Assembly (NCBI GenBank): GCA_020536535.1
Contig: JAHLWZ010000602.1
Span: 1 to 64,000 of the forward strand
DNA length: 64,000 nt
DNA from: Pelomyxa schiedti
Taxonomy: Eukaryota > Protista > Evosea
Direction of reading: 5' to 3'
In this document: piece after piece, positions 51,909-64,000 of the stretch
Layout of the letters: each line of letters opens with the position of its first letter
Numbering within the stretch: position 1 is the stretch's first letter
Program-made: the position numbers and the translations under genes
The notes under the pieces: generated by a model
Databases searched by the model: none
Seen by the model: only the letters and a program-made list of their open reading frames with translations
Told to the model about the DNA's origin: nothing

Positions 51909-54900
51909 ATGGGGAACACCTTCCAATCCAAGAGAGTACTACTTGAGGACGATGTGTCCGGCGATTCCCCATCCCACAAGCCGTGCGCGGCACCCGAGAC
52001 GGTTGTTGATTCCAGCCCTCGCCCCACAACTAGTGGCGACGACGGTAGCGTCAAAACTACTGTTACAAGTAACACGCCCTCACACACAGCGACTATTTCC
52101 CCAACAAGCCCGACGACAGCAACGCCTGCCACTGCCACTGCAACTTCGAATTCAACAACAGCTGCTACTGTTAATAATACGAACACACAAGCTCCATTGC
52201 CGTCCCCCCAGGCCATCGTAGTAGAAAGGCTTCTGCGAAGATACACTCACCCGGGTGACGATCACAACCAAAAGCTTGAGAAGACACTTGGGGGAATACG
52301 AACAGACGTGATGCCCAGGATTTCTGACTGCTTGAAAAGGTGTGGGTCTTTACTTTACCCGTAGTTTATTCTGATTTGAAATGTATGGTGTTATGTCTTG
52401 GCTTCAAAGATATAGAACCCTCCAAAACCGCTTGTCTCTCATTACAATGCCTGAGGAGGGTGGGTTGATGTCACTAGAAGCACAGAATTATGTACAGAGT
52501 GTATGTAATAAGGAAGATATCCGACTTGCTCTCTATGGTGCTACTGGTGCTGGTATGCAATAAACATCTCTAGTAGTTAGCTAGCTCCCTCAATGGGTTT
52601 TTTTTTCACCAGGAAAGTCTTCCCTCGTAAATTTCCTCTGTGGCTGGAAAATTCTTCCTATTAAGAGTGGTCACTGCACCGCCAGAGTGTGTTTGTTGAA
52701 GTATGCAGAACCTAAAGATGCTTGTATTCGAAGTGCCAGAGTTGTTGATGGAAAACTTGTCCCAGCTGATTTGTTTGTGAGCTTGGCCCCATATTGTGAC
52801 GAAGAACCAAACGAGACACAAAGAGCTGCTGTTAGGGACCTGCTCAAACTGTACCTTGATCGTCGTAATCTCCTCCCAGGCATGTTGAGCCCTTTTTAAG
52901 CATTTCGCAATACTAATGTTGCAAGTAGAGAACATTCAAGACTTATTAACCACTGTACTCATCGTGGAATACCCTATTGCATTCCTCAAGGCCGGCATAC
53001 AACTGGCTGACCTGCCAGGTGCGAGTAAAGGCGACCCTCTTGAACATATCTTATCTCCATTTCTGCCTTTGTTCTTGGCAGCCTTCCGTCCACATGGGCT
53101 TGGTTTTTGTTATGGGATAGCGGCTTTTGACAAGGCCGAGAATTTCGCCTGGAAGAAGCTAATGAAAGTGATGGTAGATTCAGATTCCTGGACACCCGTT
53201 TTCTTTGTCAACACCAGAACTGACCTGAAGGACCTTGCTGGAGAACTGGATATACCTTCAAAAGTGGTAACAGAGGCCCACCTCACCCGATTATGTGACC
53301 AGCGACTTGAACAATTACTCCAGGCACCCTCAATTACTCTTGATATTTTGTCCACTCAACTGGACTTTGAACCAGACACCTCTTTCTGCATAGTGGGTGC
53401 TCGGAATATGCTACCCAAGCGGGCCAAGTACATGTCGTATTACACTCTGTTCATGGACAGGTTTGTGCGCTGGATCGTTTCTATACAAATGAAGGCATGC
53501 TGTCGGGCACTAGAGCAACTGTCAGCAGCTTCAGGGAATTTCTTTCAGATTCTCATGGGTTTGTCAACCAGCTCGTGTGAAGATATCCAGAGAATGGAAG
53601 CTGATGCTAAAGAGAGAATTTTGCTCGTCAAAGCGAGGATCTTGACAGGAATTGACCAATGCACACAGGCTTTTCCCTCTCTTTTAGTACGCAAGGTCCA
53701 GGAACAACGGGATGCTTTCTTGAAGGAAGCTGTTTCTCTGTCTCCTGGCTCGGAAAGAGAACGAGCTGAAAAATATCTTGCTGAAAATCTACGAGAATGG
53801 CTGGAAGACAACGTGATCTCTTACGTGATTAAGGAAGTACACAGCCAAATACAGAAGTCCATTGAAGAAAATACTCGACAACTTCTGAACGTTAAAGATG
53901 AGAAGGTGAAAGATTTACTACGGAGTGCATTACCATACTTCAATGAGAAGGTCTACAGGCGCTCATTGGTAGCAGCAGTGGGCTTGTTTGGTGTCGCTGG
54001 CTGTAATGGCCGGCACCATGTGGGTTAAATACAAATGCGTCGATGATGATTTCAAAAGGAGTGTTGCACAAAGCATGCTTGACTCCCTCTGTGACCCAAA
54101 AAGGGTGGAGGCGCAGAGGTTAGAACTCCAAGCAGGAGCTAAGCACAAGGTGGAGGACTTCATTAGCAAACGCCTGAATGATGTTCGAATACTGTCTGCA
54201 CAGCGACAAAGAATGAAAAATTATCGTTCCCAGGAAAGTACTGAGTGGGACACTACATATTGGACAGGAATGCGTAGCGATTTTGGAAAGCTATTTGCTG
54301 AGACACTTCACATTCAGGACCTGCTGTTGGAAGACCCACCAGTCTTTCCAAGCCCCTCTGCTTCTTCCTCGCCAACTTCAACATTCTCGCCATGTTATTC
54401 TCCTCTGGAAAGATACAGGAAGGACTCATACCCACTGGAAGCCATTTGGAACAACCAAACTGTTTCTGTGAAGGTTGTTGATGTTTCAGAGGGCAGCAAA
54501 GACAATCCGGGGAAGTTCTTCGAGGATCTATATCACTGGCATAGAATGGCGCAGTGCTCGCCACATGTGCTGCCGCTGCATATGGTATTCAAGCAGACGG
54601 TATTCCGATGCAACACCCCTCTCTCGGAGAGTAGAGATATGAGGGGAGGAGGGAAGGAGCATACGAGCCAACAATCCGAGGTCTGGTGTGTGGTGTACCC
54701 ACAGTTCACATGCACACTCAATGACTTCTTGGAGAGGCACATATCCTCCATGCAGCTGATCGACGCACTGGAGATAGCCAAGACAATCATCACCGCGATC
54801 AGAGACATCCACGAATTCGGGACTGTACACGGAAACCTCAGGCTGGAAGCCGTGGTGGTAAATGCACAAGGCAGCAAAGTGACCGGCGTTGCAGTCGCCG

Positions 54901-55391
54901 GGTTCAGGACAAAAGCAGGAAGCAGCAATAACTCCACTGATAACCCCAATGACAATGGCGGTCGCAGCAGCAGCAGCAGCACCCGCGATGACGAGAACAA
55001 CACCTCATTCAGTTCCGCGAACCTGCTTTCTCGCGCAATGGACGACAGTTCCGCCGACCGGCTTTTCCACTCCCCGAAAGAACACGTCGACATACTCTCG
55101 TTTGGTAAGATTCTATCCGAGCTTACTCCCAAACCAAAGCTTCTGCGCTGTCACATGATCGGCGGCGATGAGACCACCGCCTGCACAGCGAGAGGTGGTT
55201 CTTCTGTTGTCACTGATGCTACTCTGCATTTGGTCACGGCGCGTGGCACTCCCCCTCAGGTGGTAAAGTTGATTAGCAGGTGTGTGAGCACAGAAGCCAG
55301 TCTTCGCCCTACGGCCCAGAAAGTAGTTAAGCGCCTTACCAACATTTGTGCATCCCCCATTGAGATGCTGGCACTGTTGGAAGAAGATTGA
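51909..55391 (+). CDS. Dynamin-like GTPase - pseudokinase family copy E, frameshifted in the hairpin (possible pseudogene)
   Basis: MGNTFQS; GATGAG/KS; GHCTAR; DLPG; FFVNTRTD; frameshift near 53990; HGNLRLEA and VAGF pseudokinase motifs. Confidence 0.78.
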
Positions 55392-55490
55392 TTGTCGGTT
55401 ACTGTGGGGTGAGGGTTTTCAAAAAAAACTTTCTTGTTCTTGTTTTCCTTCAAATTCCCAGAAGAACGAACTTTGGGTTAGAATCATCCG

Positions 55491-57824
55491 ATGGACCCGT
55501 CAACGTCCCAGAATTCCCACGCGTTGCCAGTGTCATCGTGCGATCAGCAGTGCGCTCGCAGTGAGCACGTGCTGTCGGTGTCGCGGCTCGTCTGGGACTG
55601 CGTCGTGGTGCCCGGCTGGCTCGGCTCCGCCCCCAGCACCAAATACGAGGAACACGTGGACAGCCTCTACGGCGACGCGTCCTGGAAGAGGCACCTGCTG
55701 CGGCTGCTGCGCCTCGGCGAGGCCCTGTTCCCGCTAGCGGGGCTGTGCTGCCGCCGCGCCGCCGAGGACTGCCGCCGCGTCTGCGTTTCTCGTTACGCCC
55801 TCGTTGCCTTGGCAGCCGTGGCCCCGGCTCCTTCCTGCCTCGCCTGGGTCGTTAGGCACAACAGGAGCGGCGGAAGCGGAGGGAGCGACCGCGCGGGGGA
55901 GCATTATGGGAGGGAGTGGCGCTGGCAAGTGACGGTGAAGGAGGTGGCGTGGGTGATGTGGGGCCTCTGCTCTTCTGGGAACGAGAAGGCCCTGAGTCGC
56001 ATGTTTGGTAACGAACACGGCGGCACAGAAGGAACTTTCCCGGCATTATGGGACGGGCGCCGCATCCCGGAATGGGACGATGACATTTCTACTTCTAGCT
56101 CTGCAAGAAGCAAGGCTGTGCTATTGGACCAGGTTTGTGATTACGTGAAGCCTGTATTGGATCAGGCCTGCATGTCTGGGGATTTAAACACTGTGAAGTG
56201 GATCCTGGCTTCTTCGACGTTTGGAATTTCAAGGGACGAAGCACCTTGGAGGCTTCTTGGGCCTGTAAAGTTGGCTTTGACAAGAGGCCACACGGCTTTG
56301 GTGAAGTGGCTCTTTGATGAATATGAGCTTCTTGAAACCTATGAAACTCATTCAGAAGTACTACATGAACTGGCGACGTTATGTGCAGCCGGAGAGAACC
56401 CAGACTGTGTCAAGTGGGCAATCTTGGACTGGGTACTTCTAGACCCCTCGATTGATATCCTTTCAACAGTGTTGGTGAACGAGCATGCTTCCTTGGAACT
56501 GTGCCAATGGGTGCAAGAGAAATGGGCAGTAGGTCAGATCGTCAGTTCCTACACAATAGAATGCATCTCGAACCCTGAAATTGCAAAGTGGGCTCTGATA
56601 ACGCTGACTTGTGAATTTACCCACGTGGACTTGAGTGTGATGTGCGCAAGTGTTGGTTTGTCGTCATTTGCAGAATGGCTAATAGCTGAGAGGCAATTCG
56701 TACCAACCCCATCAACGTTTTTTATGGCGGGCTCTTGCAGAAGTGTAAAAGTTGAATTTCTACAGTGGCTTTCAACCAATGTTGCTCTGTCCCTCAAAGA
56801 CCTTATCCACACCCTAATTAACGCTTTGCTTTTGGGGAACACCATAGTTGCAGCTTGGTTGGATCAGAGGTTCCAGGTAATGGGTTCTTGTATCACCTCG
56901 TCACTAGACCCTTCTAAGAGTGTTGCATGTACCTGTCTAGATGAATTATGTTCTACAACCAACACGGAGGGACTGCAGTGGTTCCTCACCAATCTTACAC
57001 CAAAGGCACGATCAACGATCAGTTCGGATTGTGTATGCAAGGCAATTAACACCTCAATTAGTACATGGAATTACCCTGTTACAGAGATGCTACTGAAAGC
57101 CTTCCCACACTTTGTTCCTCAGACTTCAGTTCTAGAAAAGATTTTCATCGCTTTCATGAAATATGGTTTTTCCAAGCTGAAGTGGCTTGTTTCGTTCATT
57201 GATTACTCATCACTGTTGGCAATACAAGGCTTTGTGGCAAACTGCCTGTGCACCAAGAAATTCTTTCCATATTCAACCAAGGTTGTCAAGTGGATCATCA
57301 CACAGTTCCACGTTGGGCGTTCTAGTATCATGGTTTCTCACGGTCGCCTCCTTTTCCGCATGCTTCATCTACACAAAATGGCTGGTGCCAAGTGGCTCAT
57401 AGACACCTTCAAAATCTCATTTGCAGAGGTGGCCTAACTGTTATTCACTATTACTAAAAAATACCAGGTTATGAATATGTTTGACCACATGCTTCCATCT
57501 GCAGACTACTTCGATATCAACGTGGCAACCTGGAGGATGCTGCTGAACAAGTTCCCAGAAATCGACCTTCATACCATCAACAACCACATGATGCCCATTG
57601 TGGCCAGGTCACCATTCATAGCAACATTCACAATCAAAAGGTTTTGTAGGGACAGCACTGAGATTACTACTCTGCTTGATGCAGTTCGCCAGTACCATAC
57701 CGACAAACCAGAACCATCACCGACGTGTGAAGTGTTTCTATGGTTGGGAATGCAATTGCGGATCGACATTTCTTCAAACACAACCACGGTACTGTTTTTT
57801 GGCTCAAAACGTGGAACCACATAA
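55491..57824 (+). CDS. Hypothetical helical-repeat (degenerate ankyrin-like) protein
   Basis: 648-codon ORF with repeated A-C-x-x-G-x-L-x-x-V-K-W-type units, joined by a likely 39-nt intron (57429-57467) to the next in-frame ORF. Confidence 0.65.
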
Positions 57825-57849
57825 AGTGGAGCCTTTGAGGTTGTTGAAG

Positions 57850-59295
57850 CTCTTTGCCTTCCAAATTAGCCTCTGCAAGTGAAACGGGAACCCTTGTGTT
57901 CGATTGGCGGAATGAAATAATCAACAGACCGGAACGCTGTCAATTTCTTCAAAAACTGGCAATCATTCTCGGTTACCAGAACAACAACAGTTTGAAGAGA
58001 TTACTTTTGATGGCTGACAATAGTGTGTTTCCACCTTGTTGCCAACCCAAAGAATTATATTTATTTATTATTAATTCAAGGCGGGCTGCACCCACGAAGC
58101 CAGTTACTGCTCCAGGCTCTTTTCATGTTGGAGGAGGGAAGTCTTGACAGTGCAATTCGCCTTGTTTCGGATGCTTTCAAGCATTTTGAGAGCTGTCGCC
58201 TAACCAGTACCTTTGGCCGTAAAACACAGTGTTTTCAATTTACGATTAAAAAAAGGTCCTGATGACGATGTGGATGAAGATGATATGCTGGAATTGTGTT
58301 ACCTTCCTGGCTTACTATTTCTTTTTGGTCTGGGTTGTGTCATCAAAGATCACACCGCCCTACATCAACGCCTTCCTTCAACCCTTAAAGTTGCATTTTC
58401 TCGTGCTGTTTCCTGCTCTGGTTCGCTAATGGGAGACCTGTGCAAGGCTGTGATGTTGTCAGCCAAAAGCTTGGTGGAATCTCCCAGAAATGATGAAAAA
58501 GTGCCACCAGTGACTTCCCTCTCTGAAGAGTGGGATGCCCTTTTTGAAGAAGTATCACGTTCCATTCAGGAAGGTGATCACAATATACAACAAAGTTCAT
58601 GGGCACGTATGTATTATGTCGCGCTGTGGACAACTTTCTGCTTAGAGAGCAGTGAATGCGAGCGCCACTGGACTACGTTGTCAAGAATGGATGTTCTACG
58701 GAATTCAACGACCGCCCTTCAGCAGACTGAATGCAGCGAAAACAACTGTGATCAGAGTACAGTGAAAACACCGGAGGAACCAGTAACCCTCTTGCCTTCT
58801 TCCTCTCTGTCATTCCTCGGTTTATGCTACAGATATGGTCTTGGAGGCTTGGACAAGGACCCAAATAAGGCGGTGTCACTATTCCACAGTGCTGCCGAAG
58901 ATTCTGGCAATCCCCACGCAACAAATCACCTTGGAATGTGTTACAAAACCGGCGATGGTGTTGACAAGGATGTAAACAAGGCCGTAACACTTTTCATGCA
59001 GGCTGCTGATTCCGGCAATGTCCCAGCAATGAATAACCTCGGGGTGTGCTACTTCCACACTGGAGAGGGTGTTGAGCAGGACAAGAAAAAGGGCTGGTCA
59101 CTTTTCTACAGGGCTGCTGATGCTGGGGATTCCGGGGCAATGCTGAACCTGGCCTTGTTGTATCAGAAGGTGCACAGTGACCCCAGAGAGTCACTTTTGT
59201 TCTTCAGATGGGCCTCTGACAATGGGTCAAGGCTTGCCCGTTTCCAGCTAGAAAGGCTTCTGGATGACCCTCTTTATTGGAAATCCTTGGCTTGA
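57850..59295 (+). CDS. Sel1-like repeat protein, 5' end unresolved
   Basis: LGLCYRYGLGGLDKDPNKAVSLF, LGMCYKTGDGVDKDVNKAVTLF, LGVCYFHTGEGVEQDKKKG. Confidence 0.8.
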
Positions 59296-59347
59296 GGTAA
59301 ACAATAAGAAAAGCAAGAAAACGAAGCTAGTCTCAAAATTTAAAACC

Positions 59348-60357
59348 ATGGCGTCCAAACCCGCGCACGACTCGACTCGTCGCACTTCTGCTGCAACGCC
59401 CCGCAGTTTGCCCGAGGCACACCAGGCAGATTGTGGGTTCTTCTGTCGAGTGTGCAATTTGGTGGTCGGCGGATGTGGCGGTGCTTGTTGCTCCACAAAT
59501 GTCCCTGCGGAGTCGACAAGCAATGCACGTGGCCCACACACCCATAATGGCGACCACCGCTCAACTACAGCCACCACGTCGTCTTCGTCAACAACAACAA
59601 CCGCATGTGATTGTGATAGAGACACTGCCAATGATGTAAATAATTGTACAGAGGACGAGCACGAGCGGTCGGCGGTGCATATGTTTTGCAAGATCTACAA
59701 GGAAAAACACACGCCGCATCACTTTTATGCTATCACTGAGGCTAACAAGGGTATTAATTACGCTCTCACCGGCGGAGACATATGTTAAAAAGAAATAATG
59801 CTACTAGTATGTTACACCAAGTAGAAACACATAACAACATTTCCTGCAAAGAAAAAAACTACATACTCAAGTACTACTTACTCACAAACAAATAAACAAA
59901 CCAATAACAAAGAAATCCCAGACATTGTGGTGACACTTTAATGTTTCCCCAGGTTACCAAATGATGGTAAATAGCCTTGGGTGGGATGAGGTGTGCACCC
60001 TTATCTTCTCTTTTTATAATATACCCACTTACAATTTCACAGGAACGTGGGCTGGGAGCGAACTGCCAAGGGCCCCTGGACCCAGTTGCCACCCAATTCC
60101 GGCATGACAGGGCCGGGCTGGGGTCAGGTCGTCAGCCCCCTGCCCGAGTCACACACAAGGATGTAAATGATACTGTAGACAAGTTGCGTGCACAACAACG
60201 GCAGAAACGAAGACAAAAGAAGCAGCCCAGGTTGTCCAAGACCCAAAAGCGGGAACAAGTGGTGAGTTAGGGTTTCAAGCCTTCTTTTTTACTCACTGTG
60301 CCCAAGATACTTGAAAGACAAAGTGAACTAGAATTGAGACGATACCTCTATGACTAG
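59348..60357 (+). CDS. G-patch domain protein with a split zinc finger
   Basis: FCRVC...HERSAVH; spliced sequence NKGYQMMVNSLGWDEERGLGANCQGPLDPV...DRAGLG. Confidence 0.82.
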
Positions 60358-60455
60358 ATGTTTCACTTTAATGTAGGTAAGTGTTGGGAATGGGGAAAAT
60401 TTCTTTTCACACAGATTTTTTTCAAAAAGATTTGGAAAGAAGGGTGGATACTCGG

Positions 60456-62316
60456 CTACGTCGTTTTTGCTAGGTCACGCCAAGCTCTGTCCAACACAAT
60501 GAAGAAGTCCTCAAACCAATCAATCCTACAAATAATGTTAGAAAATATGCTTTCCCTGGCTGCTTTTTTTTTAGAAGTAGAATCGTACAAATAGTTCTTG
60601 AAATTGAAGAGCTGGTGCACACAACCATCAAGTGTGAAGAGTAGCAAGGTATTTCCACCAGTTGCAGTGACCTGGAACGTGGTTGGTGCAGTGGGTGATG
60701 CCCTTGCTGTTGTTGCTCTCCTAAGGGAAACAATACTTCTGAGAGGTATCACAACACGTAATGGAACAATAGTGGGAGTTGGCGCAGCTTTTTGTTGAAT
60801 TAAATTAGATATTAGGTACCAAAAATAAAATAGGTAGGGATCATACGTTTTGGCTTAAGAGTCCATGCAAGTATTGAAGAACTGGAACCAGATTCTTGGG
60901 TGCTGACAGGCGGGGGCTTTCCTGTCCCACTGAAGATAAGGAAATTGGTGGTGATTGTCACATATCCCTCAAAGGCATAGGGACCATTCAAAAGAAAGGA
61001 GTGGAAGTCCATGTGAAGAATTTCCTTTGTTGGAAGGCCAAGTTCTCTAAATCTATCATTGCTGCTCTCTTCCACCTAAGAGAAGTTACACCAACAGAAG
61101 TTCTTATAATTAACTACTTTGCTTTGGTATTCCGCAGAAAGTGCTTCAGAACAGCGATCAACAACATTTTTGGCATGGAAAAGGGTATCGTACATTGTAG
61201 CCTGAAGCATGGTTAGTTTGCAACTGAGCCGAATAAGAGGACGGCACCTGTAAACTTCCAAAAAACGAGCCTTGCTTTCTTCTTTGCTCTTGCTGATCTT
61301 GGAAAGCTTTACCACGCTCGGCATTCATCTGTACCCTATACTGCTTGAGTTTTTCACGGTACTCTTTTGGTGTCTCTTCAGGGATTGGAGCAAGAGGAAG
61401 AGGTGCATTCGAGCTGTACTTGCCTAAAATAGCCAAAAAAAAGTTAGGTCCATCCATTCAATCACTCAAACCCCCTAACCCAGAGCACCACCATCAAAAA
61501 ATTTTGATCAAGCATAACAAAGGAGGGGGAGGCAGAAAAAAAAGACTCACCAGGAACGTACGGCCCAAGGAAAAGTGATTGCACCACCTTTGTTTCGTAC
61601 TGCTGCTGCTCCAGCGTGTCCAAATGAGCGAAAGACAAGTAATTTGGCTGCGTGACTATCACGGGCTTCTTGGCAGGGCCCCCCGGCGCCGTCCCGTCCA
61701 CCGCCGACGCCGTAATCGGCGAGATTCCCGACTCTGAAGCAGCCGCGGCCGAAGCAGAAACGGGCACAACGCCCCCATCGGAGTTGGCACTGGAGCTGCT
61801 ACTTGTAGTAGTCGTCGTCGTGGTGGTCGTTGTAGTAGTAGTAGTCGTGGTCGACGAAGAAGCCGCCGAGGCAGAGGTTATTGGAGTGGTTGCCGCCGCC
61901 GCCGCCGTAGTCATTATGGGTGCCGCAGTGGAAACAGCCGCGGCCTCGTCTTGCGCGTCGTCGGCCGCGGCGTCGGCGGCCGATGCGGCACACCGCGACG
62001 AAGACGACGCCGACGAATCGATGTACTCGTCTGCTGCGGCACCGGTACTGAGACCAGACACAATGGTAGTAGAAGTCGTTGTTGTTGTGGGAGTGGATGG
62101 GGTGTCGGGGTCGACGGGCGGCATGTAGCTGCTGTTGTTGATGGGGCACAGTGGCATGGTCAGGGACGTGACTTGGGCCTCAGGCTCAGCAGCTGCTTCT
62201 GCTGATGTCGCGGTAGTCGTCGGTTGGTTGCCGTCGGCAGCGGCTGTGTTGTGTTCGACGAGGGGCGTCGTGGCTGGGGCGTCCACGGGCTGTTCCGGCT
62301 CTGAAGCGTCCATCAT
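60456..62316 (-). CDS. GRAM-domain protein with low-complexity N-terminus
   Basis: RFRELGLPTKEILHMDFHSFLLNGPYAFEGYVTITTNFLIFSG, IPLRSIVSL, FTLDGCVHQLFNF. Confidence 0.72.
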
Positions 62317-62468
62317 TTTTGTTCTCTCTTTTTTTTTTCGCGTTGTTCTTTTGGGTTTTCGAATGAACCGTTGTTGCCCGGTGATTGCCTAGGTTTGATT
62401 GCGAAAAAGAGTGCGGTGTAGATCCATGATGGGAGACTCACCCATCATTCCAAAACTTTCTGTTTCTT

Positions 62469-63742
62469 TCAGGAAGAGGAGGCGAAAAACGTGGTGGCGT
62501 TGATGTGCCCTCGGTGTAGACAAAACCTCACAAAATTTCTGATGAGTAAAGGGGTTGAAACCTGGAAAGGGGAGGAGAAGGATCTCGTAAGTCCAAGAAA
62601 GAGAAGCCAGTGGGGTTGCCCAACCTTGGACTTGTTCACTGGGCTTGTGCCTTGTTTCATAATGGAAACAATTGTATCTGCAAGCCAAATTCCGGTGCGG
62701 TCTGGCGTGTCACATATCACATTCAGAAAGAGTGATGTCAGCCATCTGCTGAGCTTTTTTTTGATGCCGGTACTTGCACTGCTGGAAAAATTGGGACCAA
62801 AATGTTCGCGTATGGAGGAGGCCACATTGGGTGTGAGTACCATTCCGGGATTTATGGTACATATTCCCGGCACAGTTTGCAAAGGCCTCTTGCACCTCAA
62901 ATCATTAAGATGAAGCACCAAAGAATCCGTGAAGAATCGTAGTCCTCGCTTGCAGCTGCCATATAGCAATCCATGTCCCAGGCGGGGTGGCTCGGTAGTG
63001 CCATAGCCCTATAAAAGATTACATTCACTGATCTATAGAAGTACGCATTCCCAGTGACTCACTTCCATAACAAAAACCCAAGGAGATACATCAGCCTTGC
63101 AATCAGTGGAAATGAAATGATGCAGTGCTGTGAGTGAACATAGCATGGGGCCGGTGATCGTACTGCCTGTAATCACTGGTACTTCCTTAATTCTATCCCA
63201 GGGCGGAACACGTTGGTTATCGGCCACAGCGGCATTACAAAACCTACGAAACATTTAATAAGCCGCTAAAGAGCCACTTACAACATACATGACATCAACA
63301 CCACCCATTTTCTTTGCTGCATAATCCCACAGATTATCCACAGATTCCTTAATGGAAACATCGCAAGCTGTTCCAAATAACCCGACTCCCCTTTCTGTTG
63401 CCGCCTTCAGAGCTTTTTCCACCCCACTCTCAGTTCTAAAAATCCAAGAGTTTGTGCCATGTATTAGAAGAAGGAATCCACAAGTAAAACACAGCACACA
63501 ACCAAACAAAGCACAAAACCAAACCTCCCACATATAGTAACCAAGCAGCGATGTTTCCAAGCCAAAACTACAGCCAGCTCAAATCCGATTCCCCTCGTGC
63601 CACCAGTCACCAACACCCTCAGAGGTCTCGTCCCACAATGTGGTTTCACACGCCACCGAGTCCTCCGTGCCTCTCTGAACAGTGCACCAATCAACTTGCA
63701 CGCGAGAAAGCCCAAGAACAAGAACCACACCCAACACGGCAT
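62469..63742 (-). CDS. Membrane-anchored short-chain dehydrogenase (NOL/NYC1-like subfamily possible)
   Basis: VLVTGGTRGIG, ACDVS, FCNAA, YGSCK, INPGMV. Confidence 0.82.
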
Positions 63743-64000
63743 GCCTCTTGATTTTCGACTCGCAGCGAAAATTTATTTGGGTGATAAATAATCAACAGTT
63801 CGATGGGGAGAAAGGAATTAAGGAAGGTAACCTTCTTCATATTACACTACAAATCACTGAGTGTTTTGTTGGGAAGAAATGTAATCAGTGATTACTCTCT
63901 GTATCAGAGGTGATAAACGAGAAGGAGTTTTGTCTCGTGATGGAGGATCCTTGGCAATCCCAGAAGTCCCTCACAAAGCTGCGGCACCCATCATATATCC

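Noticed and set aside
57429-57470. In-frame TAA splitting the helical-repeat gene (readthrough or pseudogene?)
   Set aside because: The stop lies within a plausible 39-nt GT-AG intron that preserves the frame.

Overview
Compact, intron-rich eukaryotic (protist) DNA with short 40-70 nt introns, mostly GT-AG and some GC-AG. The gene content suggests an amoebozoan, possibly a Pelomyxa-like archamoeba (inference). All gene models were spliced by hand, and all homology calls are from recalled motifs, not searches. The dominant accessory feature is a multi-copy family with five large copies (1-16.6 kb and 52-55 kb) plus three relics. Its architecture is: Met-Gly (myristoylation-type) N-terminus, dynamin-like GTPase, helical stalk, hydrophobic hairpin with an APOL-like A-P-x-T-x-G-x-S turn, and a catalytically dead kinase. 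This resembles animal DSTYK with the catalytic logic reversed. One copy has lost the hairpin and pseudokinase and is fused in frame behind a PINK1-like kinase. Other unusual architectures are: a TRIP4/ASC-1 zinc finger fused to a catalytically dead O-GlcNAcase (GH84) domain; a RING/TRAF-finger protein ending in a phage tail-collar domain; a toxin-type R-S-ExE ADP-ribosyltransferase between ubiquitin-like domains; an IFITM/CD225 protein; and an F-box-Rab fusion. Housekeeping genes include PSMA7, dephospho-CoA kinase, MRG, tandem adenosine deaminase, RPL21, two SDRs, Dsc3-like, homeobox, NT-C2/DIL, G-patch and GRAM proteins.
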